From: a virus
Virus record (IMG/VR): IMGVR_UViG_3300044467_000006
Coordinates: 21,150 to 85,149 of that record
Length of the DNA stretch: 64,000 nucleotides
Reading direction: 5' to 3' (one strand)
The position numbers and the translations under genes are program-made. The number at the start of each line of letters is the position of its first letter. Within the stretch, counting starts at the first letter, position 1. The notes under the pieces were generated by a model. The model saw nothing but the letters and a program-made list of their open reading frames with translations. It ran no database searches and was not told the DNA's origin. Below are positions 1-9,701 of the stretch, piece by piece.

Positions 1-1298
1 ATGGAAGCCGCCTTGTACGATACCGTAATGGAATCGCTATTGATTGAAAGGGTGCATGAGTAGCCGTCGTAACCGACACGCAGGCCAATCTCGCCTCCGA
101 CTACGAACTCTTCAGCAATACCATCGTTCTTGCGTTCCGTCTTGACGCTGATCTTGCGCTCGGTAGCGGAAGTGACAACCACAGGGGCTCCAGTAACCGA
201 TAGCCAAGTGACGTTGGAGTTGACTCCGAGGGTACGAAGCATCTTGCGAGCATCGGTGTCTCCAGCGAGAGGCGACAGGGTGGCGAACTCGAAAGTCTTG
301 CCCTTGCCCGGAGTGACGGTGCCGTCCCAAGTGAACGAAGTGTATCCGTACACAATGGCATCTGTGGCAGGCGGATTGGCAACCGCAACCGCAGGCGTAA
401 TTGCGATAGGAGCCACAACCGCTCCAGCAACGTGGCCAGTTGTGGTAGAAAGGTCTGCAAGCTTAGTAGCAGTAAGATTTACACCAGAGATAGCTGTGAC
501 GAGCCACCAGCCGGTGTTCTGCTTGGCTGCGCCCTCGAATTGAGAGTTGTTGGGAATGAGGAGGGTGTCTCCTGCTGATACGCTGGCCCAGTTGATGCTT
601 AGGGTGAACGTACCAATGTTACCGTTGACGGCAATGGCCAGTGTAGGAGAAGTAATGCCGATTGCGTTGCGGTCGCCGCCAGATGCCGAAGCAAGGTCCG
701 TTCCGCCACCGACAATGGCCGAAGCAAAAGCGACAGGAGTGCTGTCTGCGGGAATGGTCACATCAACAGCAATGTTACCGTCAACGACAACAGAGAAGTC
801 AATCGCTGCGGGCTGGCCGATGTAGCTGAAGCGGTCAGTCCAAGGCAGGACTTCCGCTACGTCATCGGTGATCGTGTAGAAGATCAGGTTGCCTAGCGAC
901 CCCGAAGACTTGGCAACAAGTGAAGTGTAAGCGCTGAAGTTGTCTTCGTGAGTCAAAACGGAGGCCGACGCCGCGCCAGTGTTAGTCTTCACGATGATTG
1001 CTCGCGAGAAAGTGTTGGTGATGTCGGGGTCTACTGCTGCGCCAGCCGCTGCGCGGAAAGCGTCAACGATTGGGCCAGACTTGTACTTAGAGACAACACT
1101 GGAGATGTCGTCCGAGGCGAACTGGTTGTCCTCAAGCTCGGTTTCCTCAGAGAAAGAGGGGCCACTCTCGGCCTCGCCCATCAGAACGATAACGCCCGTA
1201 GTAGCAAGGCCACCATTGTTTGGAGCGACGGTGATTGATGGATAGCTGCCGGGGATGATCAATGAGCCCCCGATAGGATCGACATATTCCTGAGCCAT
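1..1298 (-). CDS. Contractile tail sheath protein (C-terminal part runs off the window start)
   Basis: Missing from the ORF track because it has no stop in the window. Hand translation from ATG 1298 gives MAQEYVDPIGGSLIIPGSYPSITVAPNNGGLATTGVIVLMGEAESGP, the PGxY...GEAxxGP N-terminus of myovirus sheaths. I read only the first ~110 codons by hand. Confidence 0.8.
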   Translation of the reverse strand, partial: MAQEYVDPIGGSLIIPGSYPSITVAPNNGGLATTGVIVLMGEAESGPSFSEETELEDNQFASDDISSVVSKYKSGPIVDAFRAAAGAAVDPDITNTFSRAIIVKTNTGAASASVLTHEDNFSAYTSLVAKSSGSLGNLIFYTITDDVAEVLPWTDRFSYIGQPAAIDFSVVVDGNIAVDVTIPADSTPVAFASAIVGGGTDLASASGGDRNAIGITSPTLAIAVNGNIGTFTLSINWASVSAGDTLLIPNNSQFEGAAKQNTGWWLVTAISGVNLTATKLADLSTTTGHVAGAVVAPIAITPAVAVANPPATDAIVYGYTSFTWDGTVTPGKGKTFEFATLSPLAGDTDARKMLRTLGVNSNVTWLSVTGAPVVVTSATERKISVKTERKNDGIAEEFVVGGEIGLRVGYDGYSCTLSINSDSITVSYKAAS

Positions 1299-1300
1299 AA

Positions 1301-1771
1301 TTATTGTACTCCCTGACTGTGAAGATTGTGCTTCTCCACATAGCTTGCTGCCGCACGAAGGCGGATTGGGTCGTCCCTAAATCTTCCAAGTCCTTGATTG
1401 CAAGAATCACATAGCAAGCCGCGAACCAAGCCGCTTTCGTGATCGTGATCGACCTTCCAAGTGCCGCGACCAGAAGGAGTAGCAGAGCGACAAATCGCGC
1501 AGGCTCCCTCCTGCTCTGCAACTCTCTTTTCAAATTCACCGGGAACCAGTCCGTAAGTCCTGACTCGTTTACGATCCTTGTATCTCTCTGCGTTCTCTTG
1601 GTAATTAATACGCTTAAGTTCTTTCGCGCGGTCCTTGTGCGTCGCAACCCACTCTTTGTGATATGCATTGCTGCACTTAATGCAATACGAGCGCTTGCCG
1701 TCCTTAGTTCCTCCAGCTTTGTGGAAGTTCTCCAGCGGAAGTGCTAACTTGCATTTCGAGCACGTTTTCAT
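1301..1771 (-). CDS. Recombination endonuclease VII-family (HNH-like) homing endonuclease
   Basis: N-terminal CxxC Zn finger; C-terminal CAIC...VDHDHESGLVRGLLCDSCNQGLG motif. Confidence 0.85.
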   Translation of the reverse strand: MKTCSKCKLALPLENFHKAGGTKDGKRSYCIKCSNAYHKEWVATHKDRAKELKRINYQENAERYKDRKRVRTYGLVPGEFEKRVAEQEGACAICRSATPSGRGTWKVDHDHESGLVRGLLCDSCNQGLGRFRDDPIRLRAAASYVEKHNLHSQGVQ

Positions 1772-1810
1772 AGACGCTTTCAAGATTAAGTCTTGTTCTA
1801 CAGGGGATAT

Positions 1811-4087
1811 TTACTTGAGCTTGCCCGGAGTTGGAATTTTTGGCCCAACCGTCGCGCCGCTAGAGAACTTGCTAGGTGGCATGAAATCGCTGTAATCACT
1901 TGTGGGCTTTGGGATCGCCTTTGGTGCTGCCTCTACGGCTGGGGCTGGTGCGGATTCGTGCCCGGCTCGAATGGATGCCGCCTGAACGTTTCCGGCATCC
2001 ATCCTTGACTGAGGCATGGCTGCCTTGCCCATCGTCCCGGCCTTACGGGGAAGCTTGGGCTTGGACATGGGAGGCTTGCCGGGGGTTGGGTTGCCACCGG
2101 GCGGCTTAGCCATTGGAGGGCCCGCCTTAGCCATTTCTGACGCTCCTAGAGGGCTTCCGGCTGCTGCCCCGGCAGAACTAGGGGCCTCGGGAGCCAAAGC
2201 GCCCTTGCCGAGAGCCTTGCCCTTGGTAATTTCGCCACCAGAGCCTTCGTCTAGTTTGCCCTTGACTTCCTTGCTCGGCTCGGCCGGACCGGGGGTCTCA
2301 GCGCCTACGTTCTTGATTCTAGGGCCACCCTTCGCGGCACTGTCCGTCGAAGTAGGACGGGCATTAGCGTTCTTAAGGTCGATGAAATCTTCTGACTTCT
2401 TGGCATCGCGCTTACGCTCTTCCGCAATAGAAAGAACGTGGTCAGGCCCTTCGGAATTTGGACCCTTCTTTGGATCGCGGAACGGGATTTGAGACAGTTC
2501 TGCTCCTTCGCGAGCATGGACGCCAGCAATGCGGTCACTGTCGTCAGACTTCAGTGTAGGCTGGCCCTTACGCTTAGCAGCAATCGCGGCAGCGGTATCT
2601 ACGACCTTGGCCGCTGCATTCTTGTCACCCTTAGCTTCGGCGTACTTGATGTCGTGGAGATTCTGGCGACGGACCGAAGTCTTTGATGGGTAGGTAGAAG
2701 CAGTGACATTCTTCCCCATCCACTCGTCAGACTTGTTAAGCTCGGTCGTCCACTCGCCATCCTCAAACGACTTCTGGAGATCCATCATGCATTGGCAGCC
2801 TTCACCTTCAAGGCCACAGAGGATACAGGCTTCAGACTTGCCCATCTTGTTGCACTTACACATTTCAGACTTACATTCCTTGCAAAGACCCTTCATCTCA
2901 TCCTTGCGGTAGGAAGAACCATAGCCCGGCAAACGCGCCTGCCTAAATGACTTGGCGGGCTGAGTGGGTACGGCCTTGGGGGCAGAAACCGCAGCTTGCT
3001 CGGCGGTAGAAACGTTACGCTGTGGCTGGGCCAAACCACGGTCTGGGGAAACAGGACCAGCATGACCGGGGAGAGCGGCCTTGGCAACAGGAGGAGCAAA
3101 AGCCTCTTGCTGCTCTTGAGCTTGCGCGTTAGGATTGGTATGAACAGGAGCCGTGCCGGGTCCGAAAGAATCGGGGTATTCAAACTTAGGGGCAGTTGCA
3201 TTGTGTTGGGGTGAGTCTACCGCCATCTGGCTCGCAGCCTGCGGACTGGCACGAGAGGCCCAGTCCTTTGCAGCAGCCATGGCGAGTTGATGGGCAGCTT
3301 GGGGATCGTTCGGGGTCTGCTTAAGTGCTACGTTTTGTAGATAGCTCTGGTAAACACGCTTCATGGCAACCGCCATATCCATTGCGTGGCTCTTCTTCAG
3401 TTCCTCGACCCACATCGACTCGGGAGAATCTACCATCAGGACGGTGTGGCTCTTTTTGAAGTCCCCGACAACCGCATCGACATTGCCGTTGACTTCGCGA
3501 CTAGCCAGATCCTCCAGCGACTTCGAAAATGCGGTAATCTGGCCTTGAAGGGTATGAGCTAGCTTGCGCTTGAATTCGGCAACGCTTACTTCGCTCTTCT
3601 GGGTGTCGTTATGGCTCATATCCGCTTCCTTTTTGGGAACATCTAGCAACTTGGTTGAATCAAAATTGAGTCTGACATGTCCAACCCCCGAGACTCGCGT
3701 TGTAAGACCTTCTTTGGGAGCCGATGGATGAACTTCCATCCCGGTTGATGGATGGTAGCGCCCGGCATTTTTCCCGTTAACGTAAATAAGTTCGTGCTGC
3801 CCATTCTCAGAGAAAATGACACTCTCTTGGCCCATTTTTCTGCCAAGTTCCATGACATGATCACGGGGAGCATTGTAAACGACGAACACGGGGCTCTTCG
3901 AAGAGCCACCTCCGTAATTGCCGTCTGTTTGCTCGTGTTGAAAGCCCGCTTGAGCCAATAGCTGTTCGAGCCCCTTGTGGCCACCGCCAACCTCTGGATG
4001 GAATCGGGGTTTCTCACCGCTGAGAATAGCGAATGGTTGCCCAGACTGGATGGGGTGTGCAGGAGGTTGCGGGTTTTGTTCTGGCAT
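1811..4087 (-). CDS. Putative internal head protein: DUF3293-like N-terminal domain plus long Ala/Pro/Lys-rich region with many K/[SA] motifs
   Basis: FAILSG...LGRKMGQESVIF resembles DUF3293; about 12 hydrophobic-x-K-[SAG] motifs; small Cys cluster. Confidence 0.5.
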   Translation of the reverse strand: MPEQNPQPPAHPIQSGQPFAILSGEKPRFHPEVGGGHKGLEQLLAQAGFQHEQTDGNYGGGSSKSPVFVVYNAPRDHVMELGRKMGQESVIFSENGQHELIYVNGKNAGRYHPSTGMEVHPSAPKEGLTTRVSGVGHVRLNFDSTKLLDVPKKEADMSHNDTQKSEVSVAEFKRKLAHTLQGQITAFSKSLEDLASREVNGNVDAVVGDFKKSHTVLMVDSPESMWVEELKKSHAMDMAVAMKRVYQSYLQNVALKQTPNDPQAAHQLAMAAAKDWASRASPQAASQMAVDSPQHNATAPKFEYPDSFGPGTAPVHTNPNAQAQEQQEAFAPPVAKAALPGHAGPVSPDRGLAQPQRNVSTAEQAAVSAPKAVPTQPAKSFRQARLPGYGSSYRKDEMKGLCKECKSEMCKCNKMGKSEACILCGLEGEGCQCMMDLQKSFEDGEWTTELNKSDEWMGKNVTASTYPSKTSVRRQNLHDIKYAEAKGDKNAAAKVVDTAAAIAAKRKGQPTLKSDDSDRIAGVHAREGAELSQIPFRDPKKGPNSEGPDHVLSIAEERKRDAKKSEDFIDLKNANARPTSTDSAAKGGPRIKNVGAETPGPAEPSKEVKGKLDEGSGGEITKGKALGKGALAPEAPSSAGAAAGSPLGASEMAKAGPPMAKPPGGNPTPGKPPMSKPKLPRKAGTMGKAAMPQSRMDAGNVQAASIRAGHESAPAPAVEAAPKAIPKPTSDYSDFMPPSKFSSGATVGPKIPTPGKLK

Positions 4088-4200
4088 ACCTTAGCCTCCA
4101 ATGACAAAGCCGCCCGTGGTGAGTAGCTCACCAGAGGCGGCACCGAGGTCGTGGCTGTCAATCGACAGGATTTGGGCAACATACATGACCGGCTTAAAGA

Positions 4201-5214
4201 TTATGTCTCGCCCGGCCCATTTATGTCTGGGTACGCAGCAGGAATTACGCCGCGATTGGTATACCTTGGTTCTTCATTGGCTATGGTCTCGGCGTCAACC
4301 TCTGTGTTGATACCGATATAGGGCTTAACAAAGAACTTAGGCCAATACTGGTGGACATATCCGTTCAAAGTGATCATGCGGCTAAAGACAGGCTGAGAAA
4401 CAACAAAAGAAGTGTTGATCTTCACGTCGCCGGATGAGATGGTCGTGCGGGTAAGCCCTCGCGCTTCCAAGAGAACTTCCTTGTATCGGAGAAGAATGAA
4501 GAGAACGATTGAGTGTAGGTAAGTTAGGAAGGCTGGTTCGCCCAAAGCGTGACAACCAATCTCGAAAGACTCTCTAAACTCAACAGATTCAACCGACACC
4601 TGCCTTTTCTGGGGTGCGCTGACAACATACATCCCAGAGAAATTGGAGTTAGCGTTAGGCTCAATGACAATCGTGTAGGGGTCTAATACGTCCAGAATTT
4701 CATGGCTCTTGCCCTTTTTGTCCTTGATTAGCTGGCCCGGGAAAACCTCCAAATCAAAGGTGCTCTTCATGGTCATGCAGCCGGTTGACGCCACATAATT
4801 GAGCGGAGTGAAGGGTCCTCCATAGACAATTACAGATTCGTCCTTGTCCATCTCGACAGTCTGATAGTGAACGTCGCCTAGGGTTTGGGCGTCTTCATTG
4901 GACGACGTGACCGCAATCGTAATACAAGGCACCTTGCTCTCGTCAATGCGAGTATTCATAAATACCGGGATGTCGGTATTCAAGAACCAGTCCTTGGCGA
5001 TCTTGACTTGCTCTTCGCCATAGATTTTGTAGGTCAAGTCATCTTTGGGAAGCGAAGCGAACACGTAATCTAGGAGCGCCGGGTTTTCTCGAATGTCAGC
5101 CAGCCCCGCAATAACGGCCGTCCTCACAACGATGTCGCTCTGGAAAATGCCCAGAGCGGTCCGCTGATCTTCAGGAAGTAGTTGGATTGGAGTGGTTAGA
5201 TATTGGCGCGTCAT
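4201..5214 (-). CDS. Virion structural protein (neck/tail-completion region)
   Basis: 337 aa, upstream of the sheath, preceded by CAATCTT; assignment by position only. Confidence 0.45.
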   Translation of the reverse strand: MTRQYLTTPIQLLPEDQRTALGIFQSDIVVRTAVIAGLADIRENPALLDYVFASLPKDDLTYKIYGEEQVKIAKDWFLNTDIPVFMNTRIDESKVPCITIAVTSSNEDAQTLGDVHYQTVEMDKDESVIVYGGPFTPLNYVASTGCMTMKSTFDLEVFPGQLIKDKKGKSHEILDVLDPYTIVIEPNANSNFSGMYVVSAPQKRQVSVESVEFRESFEIGCHALGEPAFLTYLHSIVLFILLRYKEVLLEARGLTRTTISSGDVKINTSFVVSQPVFSRMITLNGYVHQYWPKFFVKPYIGINTEVDAETIANEEPRYTNRGVIPAAYPDINGPGET

Positions 5215-5229
5215 AAAAGTAAGATTGTG

Positions 5230-6048
5230 TTACCGATGGCCTGTAGAGGCTTGCTGGATAAGGGCGAGAATTTCCGGCTTGATTGTCTGGTCCCATTCGC
5301 GCTCGGCCCAAGTATAGGCTTCGTCCATGAGTTTTTTCGCTGGAACGCCCGGATGAACCCACTTCCCAGATCCTTTCTGCGAGGAAGAAACCACTCGGAA
5401 GGTCATAGCCGTCTTCTGGATCATTGGACTGGCCCCGCCAATCTGGCGCTGCATGACTCTCATACCCTGAAGGAAAGGGGTGCCGGTCTGCCCTTGCCTG
5501 ACTTGGCCGATAGCTCCCCAACCCTGATAGGTGCCTTCCGATGTCTTGATGGGCTTGTCCATCACGTCGAGCTTGTGCAGTGCTCCGACTTTGGGTCGGC
5601 CATCGATCTCTTTCTCAATCTGCTTCATGTTGATGTTGGCGCGCTTGAGAGCATTCATAGCCGCAAGCCGGATTGGAAGGGCGTTAGGCGCAGTATTAGC
5701 GGCCCCCTTGATAGGGAAAGGGATGACCTTGTAACGGGTGCCCTTCTTGGATGTCATGGCATTCTTGAGAAGGTCGTCGATCATCTCGTGTCGAGGCATT
5801 CCTTCTTCAATCCACATCGCCTTCTTATCTAGGGTGACGGTCCATGCTCCACCTCCAGCGGCTTCATAGCTAAGAGCATTCAGGTATTCCTGTCGAGAAG
5901 TGCGAAGCTTGGACTGGGCGATCTCCACAACCTTTGAGTACGTCATGGCAGCAAGGTCTTCGGCTGACTGCGAAAGCATTGCATCTGCAATAGCCTTCAC
6001 CCGCTCGTGCATAGCGGAGATATCGCCAAGGTTGAGGTTGAGGATCAT
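5230..6048 (-). CDS. Virion structural protein (head-tail/neck region)
   Basis: 272 aa; YLNALS...WIEEG...VIPF...TFRVVS...WVHPG pattern resembles conserved large-myovirus neck proteins; synteny. Confidence 0.45.
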   Translation of the reverse strand: MILNLNLGDISAMHERVKAIADAMLSQSAEDLAAMTYSKVVEIAQSKLRTSRQEYLNALSYEAAGGGAWTVTLDKKAMWIEEGMPRHEMIDDLLKNAMTSKKGTRYKVIPFPIKGAANTAPNALPIRLAAMNALKRANINMKQIEKEIDGRPKVGALHKLDVMDKPIKTSEGTYQGWGAIGQVRQGQTGTPFLQGMRVMQRQIGGASPMIQKTAMTFRVVSSSQKGSGKWVHPGVPAKKLMDEAYTWAEREWDQTIKPEILALIQQASTGHR

Positions 6049-9000
6049 TAGTGCTTACCCGATGGGTTCTGACCTCCACCGGGGTTCGGACCCGGCTGGG
6101 GGTCACTTGCCTTGCCGTCCTTGGCGTCACGGCCAGAGACTCCGTTGATGTGGCCTGCGCCAGACATGGCTTCTGCGTGGTTGTCTGGAAGAACACGACC
6201 AGAGTACGAACGGCGATAGACGGTCTTTCCTTCTACTTTGCCGCTATTGGAAATGTGAGCCGCTTGCCCGGGGTCTTGGTGGAACTCGCGAAAGGGCATG
6301 ACTGTATTCTGGCCCTCTACGTGGATAGCGATGCCACCGTGGGGCTTAGCGGGAGTGTTATGCTTGGCTTGCTCTTCGGGAGTAGGCAGCTCCTCCTTGT
6401 CGAGATCCGTACCTTGCGGATACGGCCGATCCATGCGAGGCTCTACCTTTGTCCCGGCAGCCTTGGCGATTGCTCGGGGGCCGCGAAGTAAGGAGCTTTT
6501 CTTGATACTGAAGTCAGTGTTCTGCACCTTCACTTGATTGTCGATACCCGTACGTTTTGTCTCGCGGCGACCGCCTACGATTTCGTAAGCCTTCCCCAAC
6601 TCATCTTCCTTCTTGCGGACCTGATCGGCCCAGACAGCATTGCCCTTAAGGCTCTTAGACTTCTGAGTAGGCAGAGAACCGTATTGGGTAGGCTGATAAT
6701 TCATCTTCTCAGGACCAGCGCCGTATGTATTCCTCATGTGAACAGGCAAGGGCTCATCTGGATCCTGATCGGATAGCGGAGCTTTGCTCTCGGGAGTCCA
6801 AATATGGACGGGCGTTCCTACAGGATACTTCTGGCGAGCGAACTCGTGGAACGCATCGTGAAGAACTTGGTGAACTGGATGCCCCAATACTGTGCGGAAC
6901 TTCTTTTCATTCTCAGAGCCGAAGTCGTGCTGAATCTCATCGATATGGAGGCCCTTGTCGTCGCCCGTATAACGAATCCATCCAAGGCCAGAAACGGGCT
7001 CGCCGGGGTGGTCAGAGTTGTGGCCCTCATTCATAGTGACACCCTGCTTGAGCATCGCTTCTGTCGCCGCCGTAGGTAAAGAAACTCGCAAAACCTTGGA
7101 TGCGTCCTTGCTATGTTGCTGACCGCCATCCCATTTACCTTCAGTCAAATAGACAGGTATGCCGGGCAGGGAATCGATATGGCTTTGTAGCTCCTTAGAA
7201 CTGAAGTTGCCGTTGGGCAGTCTTCCGATCTTGCCAAGCGCTTGCGCTGCGCCACCTAACTCAGCGGGCTTCACTTCACCACCCTTGGCCTCAATGGAAT
7301 CGCGGATCTTGCGAATCTTGTGAAGACCGGGTTTGATGATAGTGGGCTTCACCCCATTCGCCGCGTGAACCGAATCTGGATCTCGGGCGAATGGCTCAAT
7401 CGCGGTAGGCGCATAGCCCAGCCGCGCGGCGACGAAGTGTTTTTTGCGTAGTTCGTAAAGCTCCTTAGCTTTTTCAAAAGGCACCTTTGGGCTTTGGATC
7501 AACTCTTTGAGCTGCATCACCGCGCGAGCGTGCTTCTCTTTGGTCGCTGACGAAGCCGTCACTTTGGGCGGTGCGCGGACAACTTTTTCATAGGCAGCCA
7601 CGAACTTGTCCATGTACTCTTGGGGGACTTTCGGGTGATTAAGGAGTTGAGTTTTTTGCCCTTCAGAGAGTCCCTTACTGGACAACTGCTTAAGAAGGTG
7701 AGGCAGTGGGGCTTGGGGGCTAATAAGCAATTGGGGCTTCCTATGGCCGGGAACCCTTTTGTTATCGAGAAGGCTGCCAATTTGAGTTTCATTGAGATCG
7801 ACGCGCCGAGCTACACGATCTAAAACATCAGGGCTCTTGTCCTGTATGAGCTTGTCTAGTGCCGCAGGAGACAAACGGGCCTCGTGCCCCGCCAATTTAC
7901 GACGGACGTGGGATTCGGGGTGGTTGGAAAGGAACGATTCCATTTCTGGCGTTAGCGGTTTGCGTTCTCGGGCTTCTAGCAAAGCAGGTAGGGCGTCCGA
8001 AGTGTCTATATCTTCGTCTTTGTTGTCAACGAAGTTGGTCAAAAACTTTTGCTCCAAAGGGCCATCCATCTTGGGATGGTTTGCAAAATCTTTGAGAATC
8101 CAGGCCAATTGGCCTTCGTTGTACAGCGCTCTTTGATGTAGCTTCACATAGTCGAGCATCTCGCTGAGCTTCTCGGGTGAAGTTTCGTCGTTGACAGCCG
8201 CCGCGCGAATTCTGCGGATGTCCGTAGCGCTCTTAAACAACGCCTCCTCAAAGAATTGCTCGCTCTTCTTGACCGCTTCCTGCTCTTCTTGTGGAGCTTC
8301 CTGACTGCCTCCACTAAAGGTCTTAGCCATCAGAATCATGGCTTGGATAGCACCGACGACAGCTTGGTAAGCTTCGGGAGCCTGAGACTGTAGCTGCTCT
8401 AGAACTGGAGCTTGGGCCTTGACCGCCTGTAGAATCTGGGAGATTTTTTGCTTTAGTTCGTCACCAGAAGAGCCACCCTGCGCAGCGGCATTAGCCTGAC
8501 CTTCTGCACGAGCCACCTCGGCTTCGCCTTGAGAAGCCATCTGGTGAAACTGTCGCTCAACGGGAGACAGTCCGTCGGCCATGTTGGTGGAAGATGGAGG
8601 AGGCGGCATTTCAGACGAGCCACCCGAGATGGGCTGTTGGGGAGTAAAGGGGCTTGCGCCTGACGTGTCATTGCGAAGGTTCTGGTGCTTGATAGCGTGT
8701 ACGCCACGGGGCTGTACAGAATGCGTAGGCGTATTGGACTTGTTAAGGCTCTTGAGCTTGTCGGGATCGGGACTAGGAGTCTTGCCAACGTGAGAGTCGC
8801 TCTGGGACTCTTCATCACCACCAACCATCTGCTCAATCTCTGGAGCGTAGAACAGAATTCGGGAGCCGCCGCGCTTCTTGCCAGCGTCCAATGCTTTCTT
8901 GGCTTCGCGGAGATCCAAGCCGACACCGATTGTGATGGTGTCGTTCCATGCCTCTTGGAGTTCCTCGTGGAGTTTGCCTAGTTCTGCAAGGCGTTCGCCA

Positions 9001-9206
9001 GCGACAGAGGCGTAGATTTCGTCCCCGTGGAACAAAAGTACCCGGCCTCCTCGCTCTTCAAGCCATGACCGCAATAGCTTATCGCCACGCTCGATGTCTT
9101 GTGACATCTGAGCGATCTTCTCTGGCTTGTTGTTGCGGATGGCCCGATCTACGGCAGGGCTGATGTTGTCCGCGTCGATGAGTAGGAAAATTTCTTGTGA
9201 AGACAT
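6048..9206 (-). CDS. Multidomain putative head cargo protein: N-terminal mCpol (minimal CRISPR polymerase) domain, helical repeats, GWIR/EIQHD domain
   Basis: Start ATG 9206 overlaps the HNH stop (TAATG). LIDADNI...GGRVLLFHGDEI...TITIGVG.DLREAKKAL.AGK..G fits mCpol; later GLGWIRY...IDEIQHD. Confidence 0.7.
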   Translation of the reverse strand: MSSQEIFLLIDADNISPAVDRAIRNNKPEKIAQMSQDIERGDKLLRSWLEERGGRVLLFHGDEIYASVAGERLAELGKLHEELQEAWNDTITIGVGLDLREAKKALDAGKKRGGSRILFYAPEIEQMVGGDEESQSDSHVGKTPSPDPDKLKSLNKSNTPTHSVQPRGVHAIKHQNLRNDTSGASPFTPQQPISGGSSEMPPPPSSTNMADGLSPVERQFHQMASQGEAEVARAEGQANAAAQGGSSGDELKQKISQILQAVKAQAPVLEQLQSQAPEAYQAVVGAIQAMILMAKTFSGGSQEAPQEEQEAVKKSEQFFEEALFKSATDIRRIRAAAVNDETSPEKLSEMLDYVKLHQRALYNEGQLAWILKDFANHPKMDGPLEQKFLTNFVDNKDEDIDTSDALPALLEARERKPLTPEMESFLSNHPESHVRRKLAGHEARLSPAALDKLIQDKSPDVLDRVARRVDLNETQIGSLLDNKRVPGHRKPQLLISPQAPLPHLLKQLSSKGLSEGQKTQLLNHPKVPQEYMDKFVAAYEKVVRAPPKVTASSATKEKHARAVMQLKELIQSPKVPFEKAKELYELRKKHFVAARLGYAPTAIEPFARDPDSVHAANGVKPTIIKPGLHKIRKIRDSIEAKGGEVKPAELGGAAQALGKIGRLPNGNFSSKELQSHIDSLPGIPVYLTEGKWDGGQQHSKDASKVLRVSLPTAATEAMLKQGVTMNEGHNSDHPGEPVSGLGWIRYTGDDKGLHIDEIQHDFGSENEKKFRTVLGHPVHQVLHDAFHEFARQKYPVGTPVHIWTPESKAPLSDQDPDEPLPVHMRNTYGAGPEKMNYQPTQYGSLPTQKSKSLKGNAVWADQVRKKEDELGKAYEIVGGRRETKRTGIDNQVKVQNTDFSIKKSSLLRGPRAIAKAAGTKVEPRMDRPYPQGTDLDKEELPTPEEQAKHNTPAKPHGGIAIHVEGQNTVMPFREFHQDPGQAAHISNSGKVEGKTVYRRSYSGRVLPDNHAEAMSGAGHINGVSGRDAKDGKASDPQPGPNPGGGQNPSGKH

Positions 9207-9631
9207 TAGGAGATCCTCTTGTTGTGTTTCCGCGAGTTGCAGGACTTGCAAGCAGGGCGCAAGTTAGCTGGCCAATTGGTGCCACCTTTAGATAGAGGGA
9301 TAACGTGGTCGATGGTAGTCCCCTCAATTTTGCAGTCCGCAAGCTTAAGCCAGCACTTCCCACCCCACATTGCCTTGCGAGACTCCCACTGCGACAAGCT
9401 GCATTGCCCTTTAGCATTTCGCTTGCGGGCGCGTCGGCAGCTTTCTGCGAGAGCGTGGACTTGTTTCCCGTGAGTGGTTTCTCTGTAGGCTTTCTGGTAG
9501 ACGGAAACCTTGTCCTTGTTGGAATCCCTGTATTTTTGGGCTGCTTTGTTTTCTGCGTCAGGGAATTTGGCCAGATAAGCAGCCCTGTACCTGCGACTCT
9601 GCTCTGGAGTAGATTTACCTTGACTTGCCAT
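9206..9631 (-). CDS. HNH homing endonuclease
   Basis: TIDHVIPLSKGGTNWPANLRPACKSCNSRK is a canonical HNH motif. Confidence 0.9.
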   Translation of the reverse strand: MASQGKSTPEQSRRYRAAYLAKFPDAENKAAQKYRDSNKDKVSVYQKAYRETTHGKQVHALAESCRRARKRNAKGQCSLSQWESRKAMWGGKCWLKLADCKIEGTTIDHVIPLSKGGTNWPANLRPACKSCNSRKHNKRIS

Positions 9632-9646
9632 ACACGATCTCCTATC

Positions 9647-9692
9647 CTAAGATTGGGTCTAAGAATGTCCTTAGCCCCGAAGGCAATCTTAC
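9647..9692. promoter_or_regulatory. Divergent pair of CAATCTT motifs (candidate late promoters)
   Basis: CCCAATCTTAGG on minus faces ORF 9631; GGCAATCTTAC on plus faces ORF 9702. Confidence 0.55.
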
Positions 9693-9701
9693 TCATACCA
9701 C

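Noticed and set aside
101-1245. Short ORFs in the track over the sheath region
   Set aside because: Antisense or off-frame shadows of the sheath gene, which the track missed because it runs off the window.
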